64,000 nucleotides of DNA from assembly GCA_028279705.1 (NCBI GenBank), contig JANQNF010000024.1, positions 48,257 to 112,256 on the forward strand, in the 5' to 3' direction. The notes beneath the pieces are model-generated. The model had not been told where the DNA came from, searched no databases, and worked only from the letters and a program-made list of their open reading frames with translations. Origin of the DNA: an archaeon (GTDB taxonomy: Archaea; Aenigmatarchaeota; Aenigmatarchaeia; QMZP01; JAFGSV01). Numbering within the stretch: position 1 is the first letter of the stretch; every line of letters begins with the position of its first letter. The translations under genes were made by a program, and so were the position numbers. Shown one piece after another: positions 8,417 to 18,214 of the stretch.

Positions 8417-9390
8417 ACCGTGAGTTGATTCTCATGAAGCTGAAAAACATTGTCAGAAAGGAAAAGGAAACTTCTTTCAGCCTCTTCGGGGGCAAGGGCG
8501 GTGTCGGTAAGACTTCCATGGCTGCGGCCACTGCCGTGTCCATGGCAAAGATGGGCAAGAAGACCCTTGTCATATCCACGGACCCTGCACATTCCCTTTC
8601 GGACTCCCTTGAGACGAAGATAGGCGGCGACGTCAAGAAGATAACAAAGAACCTCTACGCTCTGGAAATAGACCCGCAGAAGGCCATGCAAGAGTACAAA
8701 GGAAAGATACTTCCTAAGATTGAGGGGATGGACGCGCTGAAAGGAATGGGCCTTGGCGATACGTTCGACATGATGGGCATGACGCCAGGAATAGACGAGC
8801 TTGCCTCCATGGACAAGTTCATGCAGTACATGCAGTCAAAGGAATACGACGTCATAGTGTTCGACACTGCGCCTACCGGGCACACCCTGAGGTTCCTTTC
8901 GCTTCCCGAACTGATGGACTCGTGGGTTGGAAAGATGATAATGATAAGGATGAGATTTGCCGGCATGATAGGCGCTTTTAAGAAATTGCTCCCGTTCACA
9001 AAGGACCAGGAAGACAGTGACATAGACCTTGAGCATCTCAACACCATGAAGGCGCGCATAGAGGAGGCACGAAAGATACTCCAGGACCCGAAGAGGACCG
9101 CATACAACATCGTCATGATACCAGAAGAGATGAGCATACTGGAGTCAGAGAGGTCGCTTAAGGTTCTGAACGAATACGGGATACATGTCGGCGGCATGAT
9201 AGTCAACAAGCTGATACCTGAGAACAGCCACTGCTCATTCTGTGCTGAAAAAAGAAAGCAGCAGCAGGAAAGGCTTAAGATGGTCAGGGAGAAATTCGGC
9301 AAGTACAGCATAAAGCAGGTGCTTCTTTCAAAAGAAGAAGTCAAGGGTATCAAGATGCTTGAGAACGTCGGAAAGGAGTTATCTGACTAA
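8413..9390 (+). CDS. ArsA/GET3-family ATPase
   Basis: P-loop GKGGVGKTS and the STDPAHSLSD signature. Its start overlaps the GGGPS stop (ATGA). Confidence 0.75.
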   Translation: MNRELILMKLKNIVRKEKETSFSLFGGKGGVGKTSMAAATAVSMAKMGKKTLVISTDPAHSLSDSLETKIGGDVKKITKNLYALEIDPQKAMQEYKGKILPKIEGMDALKGMGLGDTFDMMGMTPGIDELASMDKFMQYMQSKEYDVIVFDTAPTGHTLRFLSLPELMDSWVGKMIMIRMRFAGMIGAFKKLLPFTKDQEDSDIDLEHLNTMKARIEEARKILQDPKRTAYNIVMIPEEMSILESERSLKVLNEYGIHVGGMIVNKLIPENSHCSFCAEKRKQQQERLKMVREKFGKYSIKQVLLSKEEVKGIKMLENVGKELSD

Positions 9391-10179
9391 TTATAGTTCT
9401 CCCAGCACTTTTCTGAATTCCGGAAATTCGTCCAGATCGGGTATGTCAAAACCTCTTTTACCCTCAACATTTTCCGTCTTTGTGTTTTGTTTCTTCATTG
9501 TAGATGTGACTGATTTGTACTTTCCAAACATTTTCAGTGTTTCTATTGCCTCCTCTTCGTTTCCAGCCTTAAGGTATGCCCTTACGGACCAGTACGCGTT
9601 AAGGGTTGCACTGTTGCATCCCCCTTTCTGTGTATAGAATCCAGCACCGCCGTCCTTCTTCTCTGCAGTTTTCGCAGCTCTTTTGTATAGTTCTCCCAGT
9701 CCTTCCCATGATGTTTCTGTTCCTGATTTATGTAAAATTCTTTCAGTGTTGCTAGCACCTTCCGTAGCAAAAGACCACGAACCATAATAATGACTGAAAT
9801 TTATTTCGTCATTCAACTCTCCTAGCATTCTGAGCCCCTTCTTTTCAAGCGCCTTTTTGTAGACAGGACTTTCCGCCAGATCGGAATACTCTGTCCAATC
9901 TCTGGAGGGATTAGGAACAAACAATTTCGGGTATGCTTCCTTTGCGATTTTCTCCGCTTGCTCTATCATCCCGAAATTGCAGTATCCCTCAAACAACTTT
10001 TTTCCGATCTTCTGTGCGTCGTCGAAGTTTCTTTCTTCAATGTAGCGGCGCATGGACCTTTTCAATGCAGGGTATCTGAAAACCGAGCTTAGTATATACC
10101 TCGCTTTTGTCATCTTAACACCTTTTAGAGTGACTAAAATGTTATGATATAACAATCTTTTGTTTAAATTTTTGGTCAA
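9391..10179 (-). CDS. hypothetical protein (possible alpha/alpha-toroid QW-like motifs)
   Basis: 262-aa ORF with no clear family. Weak QxxGG(C/W) repeats. Confidence 0.4.
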   Translation of the reverse strand: MTKNLNKRLLYHNILVTLKGVKMTKARYILSSVFRYPALKRSMRRYIEERNFDDAQKIGKKLFEGYCNFGMIEQAEKIAKEAYPKLFVPNPSRDWTEYSDLAESPVYKKALEKKGLRMLGELNDEINFSHYYGSWSFATEGASNTERILHKSGTETSWEGLGELYKRAAKTAEKKDGGAGFYTQKGGCNSATLNAYWSVRAYLKAGNEEEAIETLKMFGKYKSVTSTMKKQNTKTENVEGKRGFDIPDLDEFPEFRKVLGEL

Positions 10180-10220
10180 ATGTAAAAAGTATTTAAGTTT
10201 ATTTTTCTATATGACTAATA

Positions 10221-11228
10221 ATGAGTTCAGGAATTGTTAAAATTGATGCAAAAGACAGAAAGCTTCTTTACGAGCTTGACATAGATAGTCGAAGATCTGC
10301 ATCCCAGCTTGCAAAGAAGGTAGGTATATCGAAACAGGGGTGCACTTACAAGATTAACAGTCTCAAAAAGAAGGGTGTCATAGTTTCGTTTCCTACGGTC
10401 ATGGACATAGCACTCATGGGTTACCTCTCCTTCAGGTTATACTTCAAACTCATCGACATATCACCTGAAGATGAAGAAGAATTCAGGAGGTACATGATAA
10501 ACAACAGGGACGTTCCGTGGCTTGTCGGTTGTGAAGGCGCGTGGGATTACATAGCAGTAGTCTTCCCGCCAGATTTTGAAAGCTTTGAGAATTTTTCTGC
10601 TGAACTGAACAACAGGTTCGGCAAGTTCATAGAGAAGAAAGACATAGCACTGGTGACCAGTGCACACCATTTCCGTTGCGGTTACCTTCTTGGTGAAAAG
10701 AAAGATGTTCCACCCATGATATATGCTGGCCAGCCGAAGCGAATAGAAAGGCTTGACGATATCGAAAAGAGCATACTGTCACTGCTATCGAAGAACGCAC
10801 GCATATCACTGAAGGATATCTCCAGGCGCCTTGACATACCCGCCAAGATCGCGAGTTACCGCATACAGAAACTGAAAAGTCTGAATGTCATAGAAGGGTT
10901 CACAGTCACTGTAGATCTCGAAAAAGTCGGTTTTGAGCGCTATAAGGTATTCATACGTACCAAGAACATGACGAGTGAGAAGGAAAAGACATTCATGCAG
11001 TATTCCAGGATGCAGCCTTACATTCTTTACTATAGCAAGTCGATAGGTACGAATGATGTCGAGCTGGAACTCGTTGTCAAGGACAGTATACACCTAAGGA
11101 GCATAATAGCAGACATACGGAACAAGTTTGGCAACCTTATCAAGAGTTATGAAATACTGAAGATATACAGGGAGTACAAGCTGAATTATTATCCGTCTGG
11201 CGTTGTCGGAAAAGGCAGATCTTCGTAA
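10221..11228 (+). CDS. full-length tandem Lrp/AsnC-family transcriptional regulator (two HTH+RAM units)
   Basis: Two HTH_AsnC-like segments (KDRKLLYELDIDSRRSASQLAKKVGIS..., IEKSILSLLSKNARISLKDISRRLDIP...), each followed by a RAM-like domain. Confidence 0.7.
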   Translation: MSSGIVKIDAKDRKLLYELDIDSRRSASQLAKKVGISKQGCTYKINSLKKKGVIVSFPTVMDIALMGYLSFRLYFKLIDISPEDEEEFRRYMINNRDVPWLVGCEGAWDYIAVVFPPDFESFENFSAELNNRFGKFIEKKDIALVTSAHHFRCGYLLGEKKDVPPMIYAGQPKRIERLDDIEKSILSLLSKNARISLKDISRRLDIPAKIASYRIQKLKSLNVIEGFTVTVDLEKVGFERYKVFIRTKNMTSEKEKTFMQYSRMQPYILYYSKSIGTNDVELELVVKDSIHLRSIIADIRNKFGNLIKSYEILKIYREYKLNYYPSGVVGKGRSS

Positions 11229-11241
11229 ACTGCCCCGTTAT

Positions 11242-12399
11242 TCAGTCCCTGAAATACTTCAGCGTGATGAAAGTACCCAGTATGGCCATTGCGAATATCA
11301 CCTGAAAGACCATGTTACCTATGAAGTATGACAATGCTGCGTATATCGACAGGATTGCCAATTCGGAAAAGCAGATGATCATCTGCTTGCACGTTGCGAA
11401 GAGTTCTAGTTTCCTGCTGTTTCTTATCTTCTCGAATACCTGGGAATAGAAGCTGTCCCTGAATGAAGACCACGATATATGGTTGAACGACTGGACGAAG
11501 AATGCTGCAAGGGGGGTTACCATCGCAAACATGTACCCCAGATAGCCGATCCCCTGAAGCACCCCACCGCCTGTTTCTGACTGCTTCCTCCTCTTGTCAG
11601 CGTAGTTTCCATACAGGAGTATGAAAAGGGATTCCACGATGATTGCCGATATGGTGACGTTACCCAGTGTCTCAAAGCCGCCGAAGGTTATGAAGATGAA
11701 AAGCGGCGCGATGAAAAGGCTTGCGATAATCGCCATGGACATGCCAAAGAACGGTAGCAGGTTCTCGCGGAAATCATCTGAGACGAGGTATCCAAAAGGT
11801 TCAGTGAAACGCGTTTTGCTTCCATCCCCTTTAGGCATCCTGATTTTCAGTAGCGGTATGGTCGAGAGGAAGAGTGCAGCTATGGCAAGGACAGCAACCG
11901 GAAGGTAAGAGTAATTGACAAGGAAGAACGTCCCGATGGCAACTGAAACTATACCGGAAACCGATGAAACCACCCTCTCCATTGTGAGCTCCTTACTTCT
12001 GTTGATGTTTTCCACCAGCTGGGCGTGTATTATGTTATTGCAGGGATCGTATATGCCCCTTGCTATACTGTGAAATACGAATGCCGCCAAACCGAACAAG
12101 AGCGACACTTCCGTGAACGCTATTCCTATGAAGAAGAACGACATGAATACGTATGATACGAGTATTGCCTTTGCAAGTCCCATCCTGTCGAAGAGTTCCG
12201 GGCCAAGCGGCGACATAAGTCCCCTCAACCCGAATTCGAGCCCGACGAGGACGAATATGAGGTAGAGCGGCACGCCGATTGAATAAAGGTATGCAGCCGT
12301 GAATATCTTTACAAGCGCCCTTGAGAAACTGTGTCCGCTTCTGTGCAGGTACATCTCCGTGTAATTCCTGTCAGAGAAATACCCCCCACGAATGCTCAT
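11242..12399 (-). CDS. MFS transporter
   Basis: About 12 TM segments and MFS motif A (GPELFDRMGLAKAI). Confidence 0.65.
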   Translation of the reverse strand: MSIRGGYFSDRNYTEMYLHRSGHSFSRALVKIFTAAYLYSIGVPLYLIFVLVGLEFGLRGLMSPLGPELFDRMGLAKAILVSYVFMSFFFIGIAFTEVSLLFGLAAFVFHSIARGIYDPCNNIIHAQLVENINRSKELTMERVVSSVSGIVSVAIGTFFLVNYSYLPVAVLAIAALFLSTIPLLKIRMPKGDGSKTRFTEPFGYLVSDDFRENLLPFFGMSMAIIASLFIAPLFIFITFGGFETLGNVTISAIIVESLFILLYGNYADKRRKQSETGGGVLQGIGYLGYMFAMVTPLAAFFVQSFNHISWSSFRDSFYSQVFEKIRNSRKLELFATCKQMIICFSELAILSIYAALSYFIGNMVFQVIFAMAILGTFITLKYFRD

Positions 12400-12952
12400 T
12401 CCATTCTATTCTCCGCGCTCAAATAAAAATAATTTTAACTCAAGAAACAGTGAAAGTATTTATACTTTCCAATACCAAAATAATTTTACGCACTGTAATC
12501 ATAACGTTTTTTCAAGGATTGCTGGGCGCAAGGAATAGCTCCAGGAGCTTGCTTTCGTCCGGTATATCCCCAGCCGCAGAAAAGAGGATTTTATTTGGAC
12601 GTTAGCCAAAGGACAATACAGTAACCCTATTTTCTGGATTAGCCCCTTGCGACCAAAACATGAAAATCGTAGTGAGAGTTTACGGGTCATCTTCGAGAAA
12701 AGAATCATCCCCAAAATCAGTAGCACTTATTTGACACAATGGTGGTAAAGTGCATTGGGGACCTGCAGACTACAGAGTCATCTGCCATGAGTACCCACTT
12801 AGCCAGGGACTTTAGGTGTGACTGCATAATCTGCACTTATTTCATAATTGCCTGCGAGATTTTATATAAGTTGTGGTACCACTTTTCCTGAACACCTTCA
12901 ATTGCCCCAAAAAATACAAAAAAGATTTTAATCCTTCCGGGAAATCTGTAAG

Positions 12953-14062
12953 ATGGAAAATGTCGCTTGGGTCGATTTTGAAACCATGGAGAGATTCATG
13001 GTAGACGTTCTGAAAGCTGCGGGTGTTCCCGAGGAGAATGCAAAGATCGCTGCGGACGTGATGATAACGGCTGACAAGATGGGCATAGACTCCCATGGCA
13101 TAAACCGGCTGAAGTCCATGTACTATGACAGGATAAGGGCAGGGGCGCTGGATCCCAAGGCCGAGCCAGAAATCGTAAGGGAGGGGCCAACCACCACGGT
13201 CATGGACGCTCACAGCGGCCTCGGCCATTCTGTTTCCAAGAAGGCCATGCAGATTGCAATAGACAAAGCAAAGAAGTACGGCATGGGGATGACAGTTGTC
13301 CGGAACTCCAACCACTACGGAATAGCCGGTTACTATTCCCTCATGGCTGAGAAAGATGGCATGATAGGCATCTGCGGAACCAATGCCAGGCCTAGCGTCG
13401 CGCCCACTTTCGGCGTCGAAAACATGGCCGGGACAAACCCGCTTGCTTTCGCGATGCCAAGTGACGAGGATTTCCCATTCTTTTTTGACGCAGCAACGTC
13501 CATGACTCAGCGCGGAAAAGTGGAGGTCTGTGCAAAAAAAGGCAAGGATCTTGCAGAGGGGCTTGTAATAGGCGATGATGGGAAAAGCATTACCGATCCA
13601 AACAAGGTTCTTGAAGGCTTCACGAATGGTAATGCTGCACTTTGCCCTCTTGGCGGGATACTGGAAGAGACCGGCAGCCATAAAGGATACGGGTTCCTGA
13701 CAGCTATCGAGATACTATCCGCAGCCCTTCAGGGCGGAAGCTTCCTGAAGATGCTTTCCGGCCTTGATGAAAACGGTAAAAAAGTCCCCTGCAAGCTCGG
13801 CCACTTCTTCATTGCAATAGACATTTCCGCATTCACGGACCTTGGGTCTTTCAAGAAGACGACAGGCGACATACTGCGTTCACTCAGAAGCTCAAGGAAG
13901 GCGCCTGGAAAGGAGAGGATATACACGGCCGGTGAAAAGGAGTATCTCGTTCAGATCGAGCGCAAGGACAAGGGCGTCCCTCTAAGCGAGAGCCTCCAGG
14001 AAGAGGTCCTATATCTCAAGAAAGAACTCGGTCTTGACAGTTACCATTTCCCTTTCGGCTAG
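12953..14062 (+). CDS. Ldh_2 family dehydrogenase (malate/L-sulfolactate/ureidoglycolate dehydrogenase-like)
   Basis: Conserved GINRL...SNHYGIAGYY...GTNPLAFAMP blocks. Confidence 0.7.
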   Translation: MENVAWVDFETMERFMVDVLKAAGVPEENAKIAADVMITADKMGIDSHGINRLKSMYYDRIRAGALDPKAEPEIVREGPTTTVMDAHSGLGHSVSKKAMQIAIDKAKKYGMGMTVVRNSNHYGIAGYYSLMAEKDGMIGICGTNARPSVAPTFGVENMAGTNPLAFAMPSDEDFPFFFDAATSMTQRGKVEVCAKKGKDLAEGLVIGDDGKSITDPNKVLEGFTNGNAALCPLGGILEETGSHKGYGFLTAIEILSAALQGGSFLKMLSGLDENGKKVPCKLGHFFIAIDISAFTDLGSFKKTTGDILRSLRSSRKAPGKERIYTAGEKEYLVQIERKDKGVPLSESLQEEVLYLKKELGLDSYHFPFG

Positions 14063-14155
14063 TTTTGCAAGTATTATAAACTTAATGACGAATTTCTATC
14101 ATGATCAGCGATAATGGGTAATTAAACATTTTATTCTGCGAACCAAAGAATAACC

Positions 14156-14845
14156 ATGACCATAAAGGCAGTACTCTTCGACCTTGACAACACACTCGTG
14201 GATTTTCTTCGGATGAAGAAGACAAGCACCGACGCTGCGGTTTCCGCCATGATAGATGCGGGCCTTCCCATGAAAAAGGAGAAGGCGCTCAAGATACTCT
14301 GGGACCTCTACGACGATTATGGCATAGAGTATGGCAACATACTCCAGGAGTTCCTGATAAAGGCGCTTGGCAGGATAGACTGGAAGATGCTCTCCAATGG
14401 TATAATCGCATACAGGCGGGTCAAGGTGAGTTTCCTTCAGCCTTATCCCCATGTCATAACGACCCTTATAAGACTAAAGAAGATGGGATACGAGCTTGCA
14501 GTCGTGAGCGATGCCCCGCGCATGAGGGCATGGCTTCGTCTCGCTTCCATGAAGATTACCGAGTTCTTCGACACTGTCATTACCATGGACGACGTTGGCG
14601 GCAAACTCAAGCCCGATCCTGCGCCTTACAAGCTGGCGCTCAAGAAGATGGGCGTGAAACCGGACGAAGTGGTCTTTGTCGGCGACAACCCTAACAGGGA
14701 CATACTGGGCGCGTCGAAGCTTGGGATAAAGACAGTACTTGCAAAGTATGGTGAATGGTCTAGGCCCGGGAAGGATTCTGTCAAACCGGACTATGAAATA
14801 GATGACATCAAGCAGCTCCCGAAAATACTGGAGAAGATGAAATGA
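14156..14845 (+). CDS. HAD-superfamily hydrolase (phosphatase)
   Basis: Motif I FDLDNTL, motif II SDAP, motif IV GDNPNRD. Confidence 0.75.
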   Translation: MTIKAVLFDLDNTLVDFLRMKKTSTDAAVSAMIDAGLPMKKEKALKILWDLYDDYGIEYGNILQEFLIKALGRIDWKMLSNGIIAYRRVKVSFLQPYPHVITTLIRLKKMGYELAVVSDAPRMRAWLRLASMKITEFFDTVITMDDVGGKLKPDPAPYKLALKKMGVKPDEVVFVGDNPNRDILGASKLGIKTVLAKYGEWSRPGKDSVKPDYEIDDIKQLPKILEKMK

Positions 14846-15210
14846 TAATAGAGACAATACTGCTTTCCCTTGCCATACTCGCACTGGCCTTTACTATCCT
14901 CTACAGGGCCTATTCCGAGCTGAAGCACGATTACATGCAGCTTCTTTCAAGCAAGCAGAGCATGTCCGTCAAATATGGCAAGATGAGCGAACAGTTCATA
15001 CCTCTTCTTCAGATATACCCCTACGACCAGCAGAACTTCCGGTTCCTTGGAAGTCCAGTAGACGGCGTGCAGTTCAACGACGACAGCGTAGTATTCGTCG
15101 AGTTCAAGACGGGCAGTTCGAAGCTTAACAAGAACCAGAAAAGGATAAAGCACCTCGTCCTTGACGGTAGGGTAAAATTCGAGGAAATTCACGTTAAGAA
15201 TCCGGATTAA
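14842..15210 (+). CDS. membrane-anchored PD-(D/E)xK (Hjc-like) nuclease-fold protein
   Basis: N-terminal TM helix, then PVDGVQFNDDSVVFVEFKTG, a D...E.K pattern resembling archaeal Hjc. Start overlaps the previous gene. Confidence 0.4.
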   Translation: MIIETILLSLAILALAFTILYRAYSELKHDYMQLLSSKQSMSVKYGKMSEQFIPLLQIYPYDQQNFRFLGSPVDGVQFNDDSVVFVEFKTGSSKLNKNQKRIKHLVLDGRVKFEEIHVKNPD

Positions 15211-15686
15211 TCGACGGTTATATATTCACTGTCGCCTTTCCTTCCTTCCTTCTTGTCCGCACCTGACATTGCCTGTTTCTGAAATTCCTGGAGTTCAAGC
15301 CCTATCCTGTCCATCGAACCCCTGATGTGATCGATTTCCATCTTGAGCTTCCTTGCAGCGTCCTCGACTTCGGCCTTCTTTGCGTCCACGTTCTTCAGTG
15401 CGTCCTTTAGTCCCTGCTCCTTTACAAGTCCTGCTCCTATCTCCACGAGGAACTTGTCCTTGTTGCTGAGCTTACCATAGCCGTAGCAGCCGGCTCCCAT
15501 TGGAACGAGCATGTCACTCCCTTCCTTTGAGCCGTTGACTTCCTTGAGAGAAGCTTCTGCTGCCTCAAGCTCCACCATGCGGTTTTCAAGCGCGACGGCC
15601 TGCTTTGACAATTCGTCCATCTGTGCCTGAAGTATCTGATACATCAAGGCCTTTTCCTGTGCACCTTTTTGGTCCATTTCCATCAA
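15207..15686 (-). CDS. pfdA: prefoldin alpha subunit
   Basis: Coiled coil, beta-hairpin core (LVPMGAGCYGYGKL...FLVEIGAGL), coiled coil. Confidence 0.7.
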   Translation of the reverse strand: MMEMDQKGAQEKALMYQILQAQMDELSKQAVALENRMVELEAAEASLKEVNGSKEGSDMLVPMGAGCYGYGKLSNKDKFLVEIGAGLVKEQGLKDALKNVDAKKAEVEDAARKLKMEIDHIRGSMDRIGLELQEFQKQAMSGADKKEGRKGDSEYITVD

Positions 15687-15723
15687 ATCACCAGAATAGT
15701 ATGGATTATATGTTAATATACTT

Positions 15724-16065
15724 TTAAAGCATTTTCATGTGACCGGTTATCCCGTCAACTTCTTCGTCCTCGCAAGGACCTATCCCAAGCGCGGTCACTG
15801 TCCCGGGCTTTACTTCAGTCTTCCCGGCATCCTTTATGAGCGCATGCGCAAGCTTTGCTTTCTTTGCAGTCTTTTGTATCTGCAGAAGCTCTTTAAGGTC
15901 CGCAGCCTTTACTATGACCTTCTTGGACCCGCATGCTTCCCACTCTGCCTGCTGCTCCCGTGTGGATTCCTTGAATGCCTCAAGCGATGCGTGTGCCGCC
16001 TGTGCTGCGGTCTTGCCCTTGCTTAGCTTCAGGTCCATCCTTATGACTATTACCTGCTTGTACAT
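15724..16065 (-). CDS. pth2: peptidyl-tRNA hydrolase Pth2
   Basis: KGKTAAQAAHAS... archaeal PTH2 signature, 113 aa. Confidence 0.8.
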   Translation of the reverse strand: MYKQVIVIRMDLKLSKGKTAAQAAHASLEAFKESTREQQAEWEACGSKKVIVKAADLKELLQIQKTAKKAKLAHALIKDAGKTEVKPGTVTALGIGPCEDEEVDGITGHMKML

Positions 16066-16181
16066 AGCAAAACATTTGCCGGTATGACTTAAAAACAGAA
16101 CGATATAGTTGCATCATGCAGGATCAAATTAAATAAAGAAATAGCTAACATGATGAACTTAATCGTATCAAGACTCAAGGC

Positions 16182-16649
16182 TTATGAAACTGTTCCGGTT
16201 ATTGTACCCATTTCCTTGAATCCGGTCAGTCCCGTGTCGAGATTGTCGTAGGTCAGCTCGACATCTGCCGAGTAAGTTGATCCGGCTGTCTGGTCAGTGC
16301 AGTACGCATTGATGGTTATACCCGTACCTACTCCCACAGAACCCGTTCCTGACGTGGCAGTGCAGCTTGTCGCACCAACGCTTACCGCGATTGCTGTTAT
16401 GTTTATCCTTGACGGAAGGTTGTTGGCCAAAACGAGCTGGAACTGATCTGTTGCATTGGTTGCACCAAGCTTCCATGCACCAGGTTCAGGCGCACCGATG
16501 TTTGTGAACCCAGTTGCCCTGGAACCAGTCCAGGTCGCCGGATTGAACACGCCGAGCGAATAAAGCGCCGCTGCCACGATGATCACGATCAGGATGGCCC
16601 AACCGTAAGTCATCAAGTATTCCATTGCTGCTTGTGCTTTCATTTTCAT
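16182..16649 (-). CDS. archaeal type IV pilin-like protein (class III signal peptide, DUF361-like), paralog 1
   Basis: N-terminus MKMKAQAAMEYLMTYGWAILIVIIV (K-A/Q-AAMEYL prepilin motif followed by a hydrophobic helix). Ser/Thr/Gly-rich secreted domain. Confidence 0.7.
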   Translation of the reverse strand: MKMKAQAAMEYLMTYGWAILIVIIVAAALYSLGVFNPATWTGSRATGFTNIGAPEPGAWKLGATNATDQFQLVLANNLPSRINITAIAVSVGATSCTATSGTGSVGVGTGITINAYCTDQTAGSTYSADVELTYDNLDTGLTGFKEMGTITGTVS

Positions 16650-16783
16650 ATTAATCTTATATTATCGTCAGTTCCTTATAAACAGACATGCGGCATGTAC
16701 CCATGCCACGCGGAAAATATTGTTAGAAATAGAAAAATGAATAAATTCAAATGGAATGGCTTGGATCAGGGTTACCTGAGACT

Positions 16784-17251
16784 CTAACTTACGGTTCCGG
16801 TTATTGTACCCATTTCCTTGAATCCGGCAAGACCGGTGTCAAGGTTCTCGTATGTCAGCTCGACATCTGCCGAGTAAGTTGATCCGGCTGTCTGGTCAGT
16901 GCAGTACGCATTGACTGTTATGCTCGAACCAACACCTGCAAGTCCTGTTCCTGCTGTAGCAGTGCAACTTGTTGCACCGACGCTGACTGTAACGGCTGTT
17001 ATGTTTATCCTTGACGGAAGGTTGTTAGCCAATTTCAGCTGGAACTGATCTGTTGCATTGGTTGCTGACAGTTTCCAAGCGCCTGGTGCGGGTGCACCGA
17101 TGTTTGTGAACCCAGTTGCCCTGGAACCAGTCCAAGTTGCCGGGTTAAAGACACCAAGTGCATACAATGCCGCTGCCACGATGATCACGATCAGGATGGC
17201 CCAACCGTAAGTCATCAAGTATTCCATTGCTGCTTGTGCTTTCCTCTTCAT
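16784..17251 (-). CDS. archaeal type IV pilin-like protein, paralog 2
   Basis: About 90% identical to 16182-16649 at both nucleotide and protein level, a tandem duplicate. Confidence 0.7.
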   Translation of the reverse strand: MKRKAQAAMEYLMTYGWAILIVIIVAAALYALGVFNPATWTGSRATGFTNIGAPAPGAWKLSATNATDQFQLKLANNLPSRINITAVTVSVGATSCTATAGTGLAGVGSSITVNAYCTDQTAGSTYSADVELTYENLDTGLAGFKEMGTITGTVS

Positions 17252-17337
17252 AATTTATCAATATATAGTTGATTTAATTCCCTTATATTTGTTAATAAGA
17301 GAAATGCTCCGAAACTTATTGGTATTTACAAAAATGA

Positions 17338-18186
17338 TTAAATCTCCGCTATTTCGGGCCTCTTCTTGAACTTGGCGAACGGCTCGCTTATGAATTCAGG
17401 CACCTTTCCCCTTATCATTACGTTCACGTAAAGGTGGGGTTTTATGCGTATCTTCCTGCTGCAGTTTCCCTTAAGGTAAAGCTCCAGCCATTCTATTGAC
17501 GTGAAGTCGATATCATTTTTGAGCCTGAACGTCACTTCGGTGCCAGACGTCTTCCTGGGCTCGACGTCTAGAATTGACAGTGCTGTTGGGACCGTTATCC
17601 TCTTGCCCCTCCTAAGCTTTATCACAAGGGATGCACTTTCTATTGAGACTGGCGAATAGCTGTCGTTTACAATGTCGTATGCGATCAGGACGTTTCTTAT
17701 CCTGCCCATCTTTTCGACCTTTTCCTTCATGCCGTAGAGATTGAGCACTTTTATCCTGTCGGAAAACAGCCTACATTTACTTATCCTGACAAACTGTATA
17801 GTCGGAACATACTGCCTTACCATCCTCTTTTGGAACTTGAGCTGCGCGTAGATGATCACTATCAGGACAAGCATCAGTATTGGCATGAGAATCGTTATGA
17901 GACTCTCGCCCCTGTACGTCATGACCATGAAGGCAGCAATGGCTATTATGGCACCGAAGAGCAGAGATTCTGTATAGCTTGACACCTTCCGGATTTCGAA
18001 AAGAACGTCCTCGGAGAAATACCTCACGCGCCTTAAGAACTTGTCCCGCTTCTGTCTGGCGCAAAACGACGCATACTTTCTCGTTGGTAAGTCGTGCTTG
18101 GTTGCCAATACCTCGTCGCGCCATTTGGAGATCCTGTGCTTTATCCTGTCCTTGAGCTTGCGCTTTGGCATGAACGGGATAATCAT
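17338..18186 (-). CDS. membrane protein, hypothetical (upstream of the pilin pair, same strand)
   Basis: Basic N-terminus, two TM helices, beta-rich C-terminal domain. Confidence 0.45.
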   Translation of the reverse strand: MIIPFMPKRKLKDRIKHRISKWRDEVLATKHDLPTRKYASFCARQKRDKFLRRVRYFSEDVLFEIRKVSSYTESLLFGAIIAIAAFMVMTYRGESLITILMPILMLVLIVIIYAQLKFQKRMVRQYVPTIQFVRISKCRLFSDRIKVLNLYGMKEKVEKMGRIRNVLIAYDIVNDSYSPVSIESASLVIKLRRGKRITVPTALSILDVEPRKTSGTEVTFRLKNDIDFTSIEWLELYLKGNCSRKIRIKPHLYVNVMIRGKVPEFISEPFAKFKKRPEIAEI

Positions 18187-18214
18187 ATTATAATATTGGA
18201 CTGATGTATTAATT

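Noticed and set aside
8655-9353. 232-aa ORF antisense to the ArsA/GET3 gene
   Set aside because: It lies entirely within a well-supported gene on the other strand. It is Ser/Cys/low-complexity rich, has no start context and no domain signal, so it is a typical shadow ORF.
12842-13681. 279-aa ORF antisense to the Ldh_2 dehydrogenase gene
   Set aside because: Shadow ORF. Its composition reflects the codon-complement of the sense gene, and it has no independent evidence.
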